Assembly (NCBI GenBank): GCA_965242865.1
Contig: CBDETK010000013.1
Coordinates: forward strand, 1,216,001 to 1,280,000
Direction: 5' to 3'
DNA from: Candidatus Latescibacterota bacterium
GTDB lineage: Bacteria > Latescibacterota > UBA2968 > UBA8231
Length of the DNA: 64,000 bases
Part shown: in pieces, positions 18,341-27,960 of the stretch
How positions within the stretch are numbered: the stretch's first letter is position 1
How the letters are laid out: every line of letters starts with the position of its first letter
Notes under the pieces: model-generated
Database searches by the model: none
Told to the model about the DNA's origin: nothing
The model's input: the letters and a program-made list of their open reading frames with translations, nothing else
Translations under genes and position numbers: made by a program

Positions 18341-19812
18341 AGCGGCGGCCTTTCTCCGGCGCACAAATCCCGCAACACGCGGCGCGCCACTTCGCGGTCG
18401 TCAAAGGCGACGACGCGGTCGGCTAGTTCCTGCTCTTGTTCGTGCCCCTTGCCGGCAATGACCACGACATCGCCGCGCCGCGCTGCGCCCAAGGCCACGG
18501 CAATGGCTGCGGCGCGATCGACTTCGCGGTGCATTGCACTGGGGTCGGGCATCCCCGCGGCCATCTCGTCCATGATGCGCTGCGGATCCTCGCTGCGCGG
18601 GTTGTCCGCAGTCAAGACCGTCCAATCGGCCTGCTCGCCCGCGACGCGGCCCATGAGCGACCGCTTGCCGCGGTCGCGATCGCCGCCGCACCCGCAGACG
18701 CAGATCAAGCGACCGCTTCCCAAGCTGCGGGCGGCCTGCAAAACCCGCTCCAGCGCGTCCGGGGTGTGAGCGTAATCCACGACGACCGCGAAGTCCTGCC
18801 CTTCGTCGATCGGTTCGCAACGGCCCGGGACATGGGCTAGCGCGGCCACGCCGCGGCGCAGGGCTTCGGCGTTCAAGTTTAGGGCCAACCCCGTGGCCAC
18901 GACGGCCATGGTATTGTAGTAGTTGAAGGGGCCGATCAACTGCGTTTGCACCTCAATGGGGCCGGCTGGGGTATCCAAGCTCAGGTGAGTCCCCTGCGGG
19001 CCGACCTCGGCGCGTTGCAACCGCACCTCGGCTTCGGGGCCGCAGCCGTACGTCACCACGCGGGCTTGGGTCCGGCGAGCTAACTCGTCGGCGTGGGCAT
19101 CGTCGGCGTTGAGCACTGCAATCGCGCCTTCTTGCAGCCCCTCAAAAAGCCGGGCTTTGGCCGCAAAGTACGCGTCCCAAGTCCCGTGAAAATCCAAGTG
19201 ATCGCGCGTCAAATTGGTAAAGATTGCCGCTTGGAAGGGAATGCCCTCTACCCTCTTTAAGGCCAGCCCATGGGAAGACACTTCTAGCACGGCCACGCGC
19301 GTACCCGCATCGACGAGCCGACGCAGGAAACCGTGTAGCTGGACGGCCTCGGGCGTCGTGTTATCCATCTTTTCCAATGCGCCAGCGCACCAAAACCCCA
19401 AGGTCCCTAAATACCCGCACGGCAGGCCAGCGGCTTCGAGGGCGTTCCTGAGCAGGAAGGCCGTCGTGGTCTTGCCGTTGGTGCCGGTGACGCCGACGTT
19501 GAGCAGCCCTCGGCCGGGAAAGGCGTAAAAGCGCGCCGCCATTCGGGCCAGCGCGGCCCGGCAGTCCGCCACCTGTACCTGCGTTACGCCCGGGCGAGCA
19601 ATCCGCTCCTCCACCATCACGGCGCGAGCGCCGCGGGCGATGGCGTGATCGACAAAGCGGTGCCGATCTTGCTCCTGTCCCCCGCGCACGGCCACGAAAA
19701 AGTCGCCTTCCTCCACGCAACGCGAATCGCAGCGGATTTGCCCTAGTTGAATGTCTCGGTCGCCCTCTACGCAGGCGTCGGGCAGCTCGTCGAGCAGGTA
19801 TTTTAGTTCCAT
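18328..19812 (-). CDS. murE: UDP-MurNAc-L-Ala-D-Glu--mDAP ligase
   Basis: GVTGTNGKTT, TTPE, EVSSH, NLTRDHLDFH and DYAHTPD motifs; DNPR indicates mDAP specificity. Confidence 0.96.
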   Translation of the reverse strand: MELKYLLDELPDACVEGDRDIQLGQIRCDSRCVEEGDFFVAVRGGQEQDRHRFVDHAIARGARAVMVEERIARPGVTQVQVADCRAALARMAARFYAFPGRGLLNVGVTGTNGKTTTAFLLRNALEAAGLPCGYLGTLGFWCAGALEKMDNTTPEAVQLHGFLRRLVDAGTRVAVLEVSSHGLALKRVEGIPFQAAIFTNLTRDHLDFHGTWDAYFAAKARLFEGLQEGAIAVLNADDAHADELARRTQARVVTYGCGPEAEVRLQRAEVGPQGTHLSLDTPAGPIEVQTQLIGPFNYYNTMAVVATGLALNLNAEALRRGVAALAHVPGRCEPIDEGQDFAVVVDYAHTPDALERVLQAARSLGSGRLICVCGCGGDRDRGKRSLMGRVAGEQADWTVLTADNPRSEDPQRIMDEMAAGMPDPSAMHREVDRAAAIAVALGAARRGDVVVIAGKGHEQEQELADRVVAFDDREVARRVLRDLCAGERPPLCAP

Positions 19813-21581
19813 CTAAATACCTCCCGACTGGGGGCGGCTGGCCCTGCGCCCGAAAGGGCGACCGGCCCTTCTTTCTGCAAGTGCTTGGCCGCGGGCTCGA
19901 CCAGCAAGCCGCCGGGCTGGGTGATGATTCGCTTCATCACGCGCTGGAAGGCCGGCGCCGCCACGTATCCCCCCCATCCGTTTACGCGGGGGTTTTCGAC
20001 CATGATCACGCACACGTACTGGGGATCGTCGGTCGGCAGGAAGCCGACAAACGAGGCAATGCTGGCGTTGGGGTCGTACCCGCTGCCACCCACTACCGCG
20101 CGCTGGGCCGTGCCCGTCTTGCCGGCCACGCCCACGCCCTGGATGCGGGCCTTTTGCCCAGTGCCCTTTTCCACCACCCCAGTCAGCACCTCGACCAGCG
20201 TCGACGCCGTCGCCCGACTCACCACCCGGCGTACCGCTTGGGGGCCGCCGCGACTGTTGAACTCACCGTCCGGGCCGATCGTCCCCGCGACGATTCGCGG
20301 GGCCATCAGGACGCCGCCGTTGGCAATGGCTCCGTACGCCATGGCGAGTTGTAGGGCGGTCACCCCGATTTCCTGCCCGATGGCGATGGTCGGCAGCGAG
20401 CGCTTGGACCACTGATCGACTTCCTGCAATAAGCCGGGCGTTTCGGCCGGCAAGTCAATGCCGGTGCGGATGGCAAAGCCAAAGTTGCGGATGTGCTCGT
20501 AAAAGCGGTGCTGCGACAGGCGCTGCGCCAACTTGATGGTGCCGATGTTGCTCGACTTTTCCAAAACCTGAGCAAAGAGCAAGTCGCCGCAGGGCTGGAC
20601 GTCGCGGATGAGGTCCCCATTGGCCAACCGGAACGTCCCCCACTCGCAAAAGACGCGGTCTTGCAGGCTGGTTAGCCGGTCTTCTAAGACGGAGGCAGCC
20701 GCGATAATTTTGAAGGTCGAACCGGGTTCGTACACGTCGGTTATCGCCCGGTTGCGCCGGAGTTCGGGCGAGGAGCGGGACGCCTTATTGGGGTCGAAAA
20801 GCGGCAGGTTGGCCATGGCCAACACCTCGCCGCTGCGCGGGGCGACGAGGACGCCCAAAGCACCTTGGGCCTTTGAGCCATCGATGGCGCGTTGCAGCTC
20901 CTCCTCGAGAATATCCTGATAGACCGCGTCTAGGGTCAGCACTAAGTCGCGACCGTGCTCGGGCTCCTCGCGTTGCTGCTGCCGCCCGGGCACCTGCTTG
21001 CCCTTTGCATCGACGTATCCGAGGATCGAGCCGTTCTTTTCGCGCAGCATGTCGTCAAAGGCCCGCTCAACCCCCTCGCGGCCGCTGTTGTCGATATTGG
21101 TGTGCCCGATGAGTTGACCGGCCAGCGGCCCCAAAGGGTACTCGCGGCGGGTCTCCGGGTGTTGGAACACGCCGGCGTACCCCACCTCGCCCCCATTTAC
21201 ATCAACCACTTGGCGCGCCAAATAGACGAACTGCTTGTCCCCGCGCAACTGGCGCTCAATGGACTCGGCCCGTTTATCGCTCAGCGGCGCGAAGTGGGCG
21301 GCTACGCCCTTGGGGTCCTCAATCTGCTTGGGATGGGCGTAAAACGACGTGGCTTGGACATCTACGGCCAAGTTGTTGCCGCGCCGATCGACGATCCGGC
21401 CCCGACTCGCTTTCAACTCGACGCGGTGCAGGTACTGCTCGATGGCCTTGGCGCTGTATGCCTCGTGCCGGAGGAGCTGGATTTGAACGAGGCGTCCAGA
21501 CAAACCCAACCACGCCAACGCGCCCAAAACCGCGATCCAACGCAGCCGGTTAACGCCCCTATGTTGCACCCGTGGCTCCAT
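19803..21581 (-). CDS. ftsI: Class B penicillin-binding protein FtsI
   Basis: RGRIVDR, EPGSTFK (SxxK), SSN, KTGT. Confidence 0.93.
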   Translation of the reverse strand: MEPRVQHRGVNRLRWIAVLGALAWLGLSGRLVQIQLLRHEAYSAKAIEQYLHRVELKASRGRIVDRRGNNLAVDVQATSFYAHPKQIEDPKGVAAHFAPLSDKRAESIERQLRGDKQFVYLARQVVDVNGGEVGYAGVFQHPETRREYPLGPLAGQLIGHTNIDNSGREGVERAFDDMLREKNGSILGYVDAKGKQVPGRQQQREEPEHGRDLVLTLDAVYQDILEEELQRAIDGSKAQGALGVLVAPRSGEVLAMANLPLFDPNKASRSSPELRRNRAITDVYEPGSTFKIIAAASVLEDRLTSLQDRVFCEWGTFRLANGDLIRDVQPCGDLLFAQVLEKSSNIGTIKLAQRLSQHRFYEHIRNFGFAIRTGIDLPAETPGLLQEVDQWSKRSLPTIAIGQEIGVTALQLAMAYGAIANGGVLMAPRIVAGTIGPDGEFNSRGGPQAVRRVVSRATASTLVEVLTGVVEKGTGQKARIQGVGVAGKTGTAQRAVVGGSGYDPNASIASFVGFLPTDDPQYVCVIMVENPRVNGWGGYVAAPAFQRVMKRIITQPGGLLVEPAAKHLQKEGPVALSGAGPAAPSREVFRWN

Positions 21582-21880
21582 CAATCGCCTTCCCAATGCG
21601 CCAACGCGCCACCCATTCTAGTTGTAATTTCCGCGGGATAGACCATGCCGAGCTGGCCGAGCGCCACTTTCTCGACAAAGCCGGAGTTTTTCTGCACCAA
21701 GATGGCCGTTAATAGCTTGTTGCGCGCGCTATCGAGCTCGACGATTTGCGTCTCAGCCGCGACGATGCCGCCGGCCACTCGGGCCATTTCGACTTTTTGC
21801 CAGACGTGGAACAGGGCCGCCCCGGCCAGCATGCCGATGAGGAGTACGCACTTCGCACAGGAAACTCCGCCGCTGCTCAT
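21581..21880 (-). CDS. ftsL: Cell division protein FtsL
   Basis: 99 aa with TM helix, coiled coil and VEKVA..LGMVYP; lies between rsmH and ftsI. Confidence 0.8.
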   Translation of the reverse strand: MSSGGVSCAKCVLLIGMLAGAALFHVWQKVEMARVAGGIVAAETQIVELDSARNKLLTAILVQKNSGFVEKVALGQLGMVYPAEITTRMGGALAHWEGD

Positions 21881-21881
21881 G

Positions 21882-22808
21882 TCAGCTTACCTCGGTTTTT
21901 TCGTAGATTCGCAAAACGGCGCTGCGCGCCCGAGCATTTTGCGCGACCTCGGCCGCGCTCGCCCGCTGCAGCTTGGGGCCTACTCGCTTGAACGATGGCT
22001 TGCGCCCGCAGGTGCAAACGGGCAGGCGCGGCGGACACATACAGCCGCGGACCAACGCCGCGAAATGCTGCTTGACGAGCCGATCCTCCAAGGAGTGATA
22101 CGCCACGACCGCCAGCCGCCCCCCGGGCTGCAACTCCGCCTCCACAGCCGTCAACCCCCCCTGCAACTGCCCCAACTCGTCGTTGACGGCAATGCGCAGC
22201 GCTTGGAACACGCGCGCCAGCGTCTTGTTGAGCCGCTGAGGCCGCGTGGCGGCTACGGCCTGCCGCAGCGCCTGCGTAGTGGTCAAGGGGCCGAGCCGCT
22301 GCTGCCGGCCGATCGAGCGTGCGATGCGCCGCGCCGCCCACTCTTCTCCGTAGCGCGCAATCAGAGCGGCGAGTTCGGCCTCGCTGCTCGCCGCGATCCA
22401 TTCGGCGGCTGTGGGGCCCACTGCCGCATCCATCCGCATGTCGAGGGGGCCGTCGGCCCGGTAGCTGAAGCCCCGGCCCGGGACGTCGATCTGATGCGAG
22501 GAAACCCCCAAGTCGAACAGGACGCCGCTCAACGGCCCGATTCCCGCCTGCGCCAGCAAGCCGCTCAATTCGGCAAAGCAGCCGCGCCGCACGACCGCCC
22601 GCGCATCGGCCGCCAACCGCGTGCGCGTGGCCGCTACGGCTTCCCCATCCCGATCCACGGCGAGCAGCCGGCCCTTGGGCCCGAGGGCTTGGAGCAGGGC
22701 CAAGCTGTGGCCGCCGCCGCCAGCCGTCGCATCTACGTACGCTCCGTCCGGGTCGGCGACCAATCCCGCGACCACTTCCGCGACCATGACTGGGAGGTGA
22801 TATGCCAT
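21882..22808 (-). CDS. rsmH: 16S rRNA m4C1402 methyltransferase
   Basis: HLPVM, DATAGGGGHS, DLGVSS, PLDMRM, FQALRIAVN, HSLEDR. Confidence 0.96.
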   Translation of the reverse strand: MAYHLPVMVAEVVAGLVADPDGAYVDATAGGGGHSLALLQALGPKGRLLAVDRDGEAVAATRTRLAADARAVVRRGCFAELSGLLAQAGIGPLSGVLFDLGVSSHQIDVPGRGFSYRADGPLDMRMDAAVGPTAAEWIAASSEAELAALIARYGEEWAARRIARSIGRQQRLGPLTTTQALRQAVAATRPQRLNKTLARVFQALRIAVNDELGQLQGGLTAVEAELQPGGRLAVVAYHSLEDRLVKQHFAALVRGCMCPPRLPVCTCGRKPSFKRVGPKLQRASAAEVAQNARARSAVLRIYEKTEVS

Positions 22809-22829
22809 GTTTTGGATTCATAAGGTTCG

Positions 22830-23273
22830 TTATAGCTCTATATCAAATTCGGCCAAGTCTTCCAGCGGTGGCGATTCCTCGCTGAATTCCTCGCTGTTTT
22901 TGGGACTCCAAAACTCCAACTTATCCAAGGCACCGATGATTACCATCTGATCGGTAATGCCGGCCTTTGCTAGGATCGGGCGCGGAATACTGACCCGGCC
23001 CTGCCGATCCATTTTGATTTCGGCTGAGTACGAAAGTTTCCAGCGAATGTAATCTCGCACCTTGCGATTGTTGTTCCGCAACTGGCGTAGCTGGGCGGCT
23101 TTCTCTTCCCAAATGTGCTGGGGATAGGCCTCTAGGCAACCGTCAAAATCTCGCATCACTACGAAGGTGTCGTCGGACTCTAGCGGCAGTTTTTTGCGGA
23201 ACTCCGCCGGCACGAAAATCCGCCCCTTGTCGTCGACGGGAACCTCGTGTCTGCCCGTGAAAAACTGTGCCAT
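22830..23273 (-). CDS. mraZ: Transcriptional regulator MraZ
   Basis: Two DxxGR motifs (DDKGRI, DRQGRV) and LEFW; first gene of the dcw cluster. Confidence 0.96.
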   Translation of the reverse strand: MAQFFTGRHEVPVDDKGRIFVPAEFRKKLPLESDDTFVVMRDFDGCLEAYPQHIWEEKAAQLRQLRNNNRKVRDYIRWKLSYSAEIKMDRQGRVSIPRPILAKAGITDQMVIIGALDKLEFWSPKNSEEFSEESPPLEDLAEFDIEL

Positions 23274-23302
23274 TTAATGCCCGCGCCAAGTTAAAATCTC
23301 CG

Positions 23303-23331
23303 TTCCACCACTTTCCACCACTTTCCACCAC
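23303..23331 (-). promoter_or_regulatory. MraZ binding site (three 10-bp direct repeats)
   Basis: Minus strand reads GTGGTGGAAA GTGGTGGAAA GTGGTGGAA, between the promoter and the mraZ ATG. Confidence 0.85.
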
Positions 23332-23336
23332 GCCCC

Positions 23337-23366
23337 AAAATACACCTGCATTAACGGGGCTGTCAA
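23337..23366 (-). promoter_or_regulatory. Sigma70-type dcw promoter
   Basis: TTGACA-N18-TATTTT on the minus strand, directly upstream of the MraZ boxes. Confidence 0.65.
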
Positions 23367-23506
23367 GCACATTTTTTCCATATTTTTCAAAGAGATATGG
23401 CCATTCCAAAGGCCGAGCACACTAATTTGTGCGATAAACACACTAATCTGTGTGTGAACTCCCTGCTATCCGCTCTCTTTAATTAACGCCTCCGCTGTCA
23501 TATTGA

Positions 23507-23551
23507 CACAAAAAGGGGGGCGACCAGTGCGTGGTCCACCCCCCTTTTGTG
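23507..23551 (-). terminator. Intrinsic terminator after trmB
   Basis: Inverted repeat CACAAAA..GGGGGG..GACCA / TGGTC..CCCCCCTTTTGTG with T-tracts. Confidence 0.65.
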
Positions 23552-23567
23552 CGCTCGACCGGTTTCT

Positions 23568-24179
23568 TTACGCCGGCAGCTTCTCCACGACCCAGCGATA
23601 GATCGGCTTGCCCTGCGCTAGGAATTTGTCCTCGTAATTCGTCCGCGCTCCCAACCACTCTGCATCCGCCTGCACCAAGCACGAGCTGGTTGCCAGTGCG
23701 GCGAGCATGACGTCGAAATAGTCGGCGTAATCCGTGGCGAGCCACAACCGCCCGCCCGCGCACAACGTGCGCTCGACTTCGCGCAGAAATTCCTCATTAA
23801 AGAGGCGTCGCTTGTGGTGCCGCTTCTTGGGCCAAGGATCGGGAAAGTAGATGTGATAGGCCCGCACGGACGCCGCGGCCACGAAGAATTCGACGAATTC
23901 CCGCGCATCCACGTGCGCGAACCGCACGTTGCCGAGCTGGCGGCGCACAGCGCGCTGGCGAGCGAGGCGCAAGTATTTAGCCGCCCATTCGATCCCGACG
24001 AAGTTCACGGCGGGCTGGCGGCCGGCGGCGTCGATGATAAAGCGGCCTTTGCCAATGCCGATTTCGATTTCCACCGGCTGGTCGTTGCCAAAAACTTCTC
24101 GCCAATCCAACGTCGGGTCTTGGTCTGGGTTATCCGGTAACGCCAAAAAACCCGAACCCGCCCCGGTCTGCTCCATCAA
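23568..24179 (-). CDS. trmB: tRNA (guanine-N7)-methyltransferase
   Basis: EIGIGKG, FPDPWPKKRHHKRRL, ATD, TNYE. Confidence 0.95.
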   Translation of the reverse strand: MMEQTGAGSGFLALPDNPDQDPTLDWREVFGNDQPVEIEIGIGKGRFIIDAAGRQPAVNFVGIEWAAKYLRLARQRAVRRQLGNVRFAHVDAREFVEFFVAAASVRAYHIYFPDPWPKKRHHKRRLFNEEFLREVERTLCAGGRLWLATDYADYFDVMLAALATSSCLVQADAEWLGARTNYEDKFLAQGKPIYRWVVEKLPA

Positions 24180-24193
24180 ATCAAATTATCCCC

Positions 24194-24228
24194 AAAGAAA
24201 AGGCGCTCCCCCGAGGTGAGGGAGCGCC
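24194..24228 (-). terminator. Intrinsic terminator after moeB
   Basis: GGCGCTCCC-loop-GGGAGCGCC followed by TTTTCTTT on the minus strand. Confidence 0.75.
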
Positions 24229-24253
24229 GCACGAGCAACCCTGCGAATCGAGC

Positions 24254-25441
24254 TTAACCAGCGGCCTCGCTATGCGAGGGCAGCCCGCAAAACTGCTCGT
24301 AGTCAATGAGCTCGGTGACGGTGGGGCTATCGCCACACACCGGGCACTCGCGGTCGTGCCGGAGCTTGAGTTCGCGGAACTTCATCTCCAGCGCGTCGTA
24401 GAGCATCACTCGCCCCACCAAGGAGGTGCCCTGCCCCAACAGCAACTTGACCACCTCGGTGGCCTGCACCAGCCCGATGATGCCGGGCAAGACCCCTAAG
24501 ACCCCGCCCTCGGCGCAGCTCGGCACCTCCCCGGGCGGCGGCGGCTCGGGATAGAGGCAGCGGTAGCACGGGCCGTCCCCGGGCACGTACACGGTGGCTT
24601 GGCCCTCAAAGCGAAAAATGCTGCCGTCGACCACGGGCTTTTTCTGCATGACGGCCGCGTCGTTGACCAAATAGCGGGTCGGGAAGTTGTCGCAGCCATT
24701 GACCACGATGTCGTAGCCATCCAGGACCGCAAAGATATTGTGCGAAGTCAGCAGCTCGTAGTGGGCGTGGATCTCGATGCCGGGGTTGATGTCGAGCAAC
24801 CGGTCGCGGGCGGCCTCGACCTTGGGCCGGCCGAGATCGGACTCGCCGAAAAGCACTTGCCGCTGCAAGTTGCTCTTATCGACCACATCGGCATCTACCA
24901 AGCCGATCTTGCCGACGCCAGCCGCGGCCAAGTACAGGGCCGTCGGGCATCCCAAGCCACCCGCCCCCACCAGCAACACCCGGCCCTTGAGCAACCGCTG
25001 CTGCCCCTTTTCCCCGACCTCGGGCAGGATGAGATGCCGGGCGTAGCGCTGGGAGTCCGCTTCGGAAAGCAGGCCGCCTTGCTCAATGGCATAGCCGGCG
25101 TCCTTCCAGCCCTTGAAGCCGCCGGTCATGGACTTGGCATGGGTGTAGCCCATAAAGGCCAAATCGCGCGCGGCCAAGGCCGAGCGGTTGCCCCCGGCGC
25201 AATAGAGCACAATTTCCGCGTCGCGATCCGCGGTCACGTCTTCTTCGATGTTGAGCTCCAAAAAACCGCGTGGAATCAACTCGGCCCCGGGGATATAACC
25301 GTCCATAACCTCTTCCCGCTCGCGCACATCCACGATGTGCAGGGGCCGACCGGCTTGGCGGGCGGCTTGGACCGCAGCCGGGGTCACTTCGGCAATGTCG
25401 GCCTTTACGCGCTCTAGCAGCTGATTGGATGTAACAGTCAT
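24254..25441 (-). CDS. moeB: Rhodanese-MoeB/ThiF fusion sulfur-carrier adenylyltransferase
   Basis: N-terminal rhodanese domain (DVRE, YCAGGNRS), then RYARHL, GAGGLG, SNLQRQ and CYRC/CPVC. Confidence 0.9.
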   Translation of the reverse strand: MTVTSNQLLERVKADIAEVTPAAVQAARQAGRPLHIVDVREREEVMDGYIPGAELIPRGFLELNIEEDVTADRDAEIVLYCAGGNRSALAARDLAFMGYTHAKSMTGGFKGWKDAGYAIEQGGLLSEADSQRYARHLILPEVGEKGQQRLLKGRVLLVGAGGLGCPTALYLAAAGVGKIGLVDADVVDKSNLQRQVLFGESDLGRPKVEAARDRLLDINPGIEIHAHYELLTSHNIFAVLDGYDIVVNGCDNFPTRYLVNDAAVMQKKPVVDGSIFRFEGQATVYVPGDGPCYRCLYPEPPPPGEVPSCAEGGVLGVLPGIIGLVQATEVVKLLLGQGTSLVGRVMLYDALEMKFRELKLRHDRECPVCGDSPTVTELIDYEQFCGLPSHSEAAG

Positions 25442-26610
25442 ACGCTCTCCTCGCTGGCTAATGCACCGGCGCGCACGCGCTCGACCTGCGCGACCGTGCA
25501 GTCGATGGCAAACTCCACTTCGGCCATCGTATTAAAACGCCCCAAGCCAAAGCGCAGGGAAGCCCGCGCCAAGTCGTCGCTCGCGCCGATGGCTTTGAGG
25601 ACGTGTGAGGGCGCGCTCGTCCGCGATGAACAGGCCGCGCCCGAAGACAGCGCGATTTCGCGCAATCCCAACAGCAGTTGGGTTCCGTCAACCCCGGGGA
25701 AGCTCACGTTGAGGGTGCCCGGTACGCGCTCGTCCGCGTGACCGTTGACGACCAAGGGACCGAGCGCGGCCTCTAGCCCGGCGCACAGCCGCTGGCGCAT
25801 CTGCACCAGCCGGGCCGCTTCCGCCGGCAGCTCCGCGCACCCCAACTGACAGGCGCGCCCCAACCCGACGATCCCCGGTACATTGAGGGTGCCGCCGCGC
25901 AGGCCGCGCTCCTGCTCGCCGCCTTCAACTTGGGCCTGCAAGCGCACGCGCGGCTTGCGCGAGCGCACATAGAGGAAGCCTACGCCCTTGGGCGCATAGA
26001 GCTTGTGGCCGGACGCCGAGAGCAGGTCCATGCCGAGGGCTTCCACATCGAGCGGCACCTTGCCGACAGCTTGGGCGGCGTCGCAATGCCACAAGACGCC
26101 GCGCTCGCGGGCCAGCCGCCCAATCGCCGCCAGCGGCTGCAAGACCCCAATCTCGTTGTTGGCGGCCATGAGTGAGATGAGGACCGTCCGCCGAGTGATG
26201 GCCGCGGCGAGTTGGTCGAGGTCGATCTGGCCGCTACGATCCACAGGCAGATACGTCACCTCCACTCCTTGCTTCTCCAAGGTGTGGCAACACGCCAACA
26301 CGGCCTTGTGCTCAATGGCGCAGGTGACGACGTGCGCCCCTGGGGGCGCTATCTGGACCGCGCCTTTTATGGCCAAATTATTGGCCTCGGTCGCGCCGGC
26401 CGTAAAGACGATCTCCTGCGCCCGCGCCCCGATCAGCCGAGCGACCTCTTCCCGCGCCTGCTCGACGGCGTCGGCCGCGGCCACACCAAAGGCGTGGGTC
26501 TTGCTGGCCGCATTGCCGAAGTGCGGGCCGAAGTACGGCAACATGGCCGTCAAGACCCGCGGATCAACCGGCGTGGTGGCCATGTTGTCCATATAGACGG
26601 GGATTTGCAC
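25438..26610 (-). CDS. iscS: Cysteine desulfurase (class I)
   Basis: YMDNMATTP, GATEANN, HCDAAQ, SGHKLY and SSGAACSS motifs; likely GTG start at 26610. Confidence 0.92.
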   Translation of the reverse strand: MQIPVYMDNMATTPVDPRVLTAMLPYFGPHFGNAASKTHAFGVAAADAVEQAREEVARLIGARAQEIVFTAGATEANNLAIKGAVQIAPPGAHVVTCAIEHKAVLACCHTLEKQGVEVTYLPVDRSGQIDLDQLAAAITRRTVLISLMAANNEIGVLQPLAAIGRLARERGVLWHCDAAQAVGKVPLDVEALGMDLLSASGHKLYAPKGVGFLYVRSRKPRVRLQAQVEGGEQERGLRGGTLNVPGIVGLGRACQLGCAELPAEAARLVQMRQRLCAGLEAALGPLVVNGHADERVPGTLNVSFPGVDGTQLLLGLREIALSSGAACSSRTSAPSHVLKAIGASDDLARASLRFGLGRFNTMAEVEFAIDCTVAQVERVRAGALASEESV

Positions 26611-26620
26611 CGCTCGTCGC

Positions 26621-26944
26621 TCAGGCGCTGAAGGACTCACCGCAGCCGCAGGTGGTGCGGGCGTTGGGGTTTTCGAGCTTAAAGCCCGCGCCCATCAGCC
26701 CGTCGTGGTAGTCGAGGGTCACGCCGTTGAGGTAAAGGCCGCTCTTCATGTCGATGAAAACTTTGACGCCGGCGATCTCAAAGACGTGGTCTAGGTCGCC
26801 GGCCCTCTCCTCAAAATCGAGCTTGTACTGGAACCCCGAACACCCTCCCCCCATCACGCCGAGGCGCAACCCGTGCCCTTCGTTGCCCTGTTCGCGGAGC
26901 AAGTTCTTGATCTTCTCGGCTGCAACTTCCGTTATAATTACCAT
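26621..26944 (-). CDS. iscA: A-type Fe-S carrier (IscA/ErpA/HesB)
   Basis: GGCSGFQY and NPNA..TCGCGESF; ATG at 26944. Confidence 0.9.
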   Translation of the reverse strand: MVIITEVAAEKIKNLLREQGNEGHGLRLGVMGGGCSGFQYKLDFEERAGDLDHVFEIAGVKVFIDMKSGLYLNGVTLDYHDGLMGAGFKLENPNARTTCGCGESFSA

Positions 26945-26984
26945 AGTAAGTATCCCCTCAACCGCGGCTAAAGTTCGGGCGAGC

Positions 26985-27013
26985 AATGTACTTGACGTAA
27001 ACGCAAGTGTCAA
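26985..27013 (-). promoter_or_regulatory. Sigma70 promoter of iscA-iscS-moeB with palindromic spacer
   Basis: TTGACA-N17-TACATT, with an overlapping TTGAC-N12-GTCAA inverted repeat. Confidence 0.65.
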
Positions 27014-27960
27014 CGAACCGACTCTGCGGACTCGATGAACCCATCGACGCTGAAATAGCGAAACCCCGTGTCGCAGAGCATGGTCACCAGCCGAGATTGC
27101 GGACCTAGGGCCTGGGCCACCTGCAAACAGGCCGCCACATTGGCCCCGGACGAAGGCCCCAACAGCAGCCCTTCCTCGCGGGCCAAGCGGCGGGTGTAGT
27201 GAAACGCCTCGTCGTCGTCGATCTGCACGATTTGGTCGATCCACTCCCGGTCGAGGACTTGGGGAACAAACCCCGCGCCAATTCCCTGAATACCGTGCAG
27301 GCCGGCCGCGCCCCCAGACAACACGGGCGAACGCTTGGGTTCAACCGCCACGATGCGCACGGCCGGCACGGCCTGCTTGAGCACCTCCCCCACGCCGCTT
27401 ATGGTGCCGCCGGTGCCCACCCCAGCGACAAAAGCGTCGAGCACTCCCCCGGTGGCCGCGAGGATTTCCTCGGCCGTGGCCCGGCGATGGGCCGCTGGGT
27501 TGGCCGGATTGGCAAACTGCTGGGGAATGAACACGCCTTCGGGATCGGCGGCCTTGAGCGCTTCGGCCTTGCGGATGGCCCCGGGCATGTCTTCGGCCGC
27601 GGGCGTCAGGGCGATCTCCGCGCCGTAACTGGCCATGACCTGCCGCCGCTCCAAGCTCATGCTCTCGGGCATGGTCAGCACCAGCCGGTAACCCAAGACG
27701 GCCGCAACGAGCGCCAGCGCGATCCCGGTGTTGCCGCTGGTCGGCTCGACAATGGTCATGCCCTTTTTGAGCTGGCCGGCCGCCTCAGCCGCGCGGATCA
27801 GGCCCACGCCGATGCGGTCTTTGACGCTGCCGGTTGGATTGCGCGCTTCGAGTTTGCCGTAGAGTTGGCTGCCGTTGGCCGGCGCGACCCGGTACAGGCG
27901 CACGAGGGGCGTGTCTCCCACCAGCTCCAACATGTCGTCTACGGTCTTGAGCCGGCTCAT
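27010..27960 (-). CDS. cysK: Cysteine synthase A
   Basis: [27 protein letters not shown] and GVGTGGT motifs; ATG at 27960. Confidence 0.95.
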   Translation of the reverse strand: MSRLKTVDDMLELVGDTPLVRLYRVAPANGSQLYGKLEARNPTGSVKDRIGVGLIRAAEAAGQLKKGMTIVEPTSGNTGIALALVAAVLGYRLVLTMPESMSLERRQVMASYGAEIALTPAAEDMPGAIRKAEALKAADPEGVFIPQQFANPANPAAHRRATAEEILAATGGVLDAFVAGVGTGGTISGVGEVLKQAVPAVRIVAVEPKRSPVLSGGAAGLHGIQGIGAGFVPQVLDREWIDQIVQIDDDEAFHYTRRLAREEGLLLGPSSGANVAACLQVAQALGPQSRLVTMLCDTGFRYFSVDGFIESAESVR

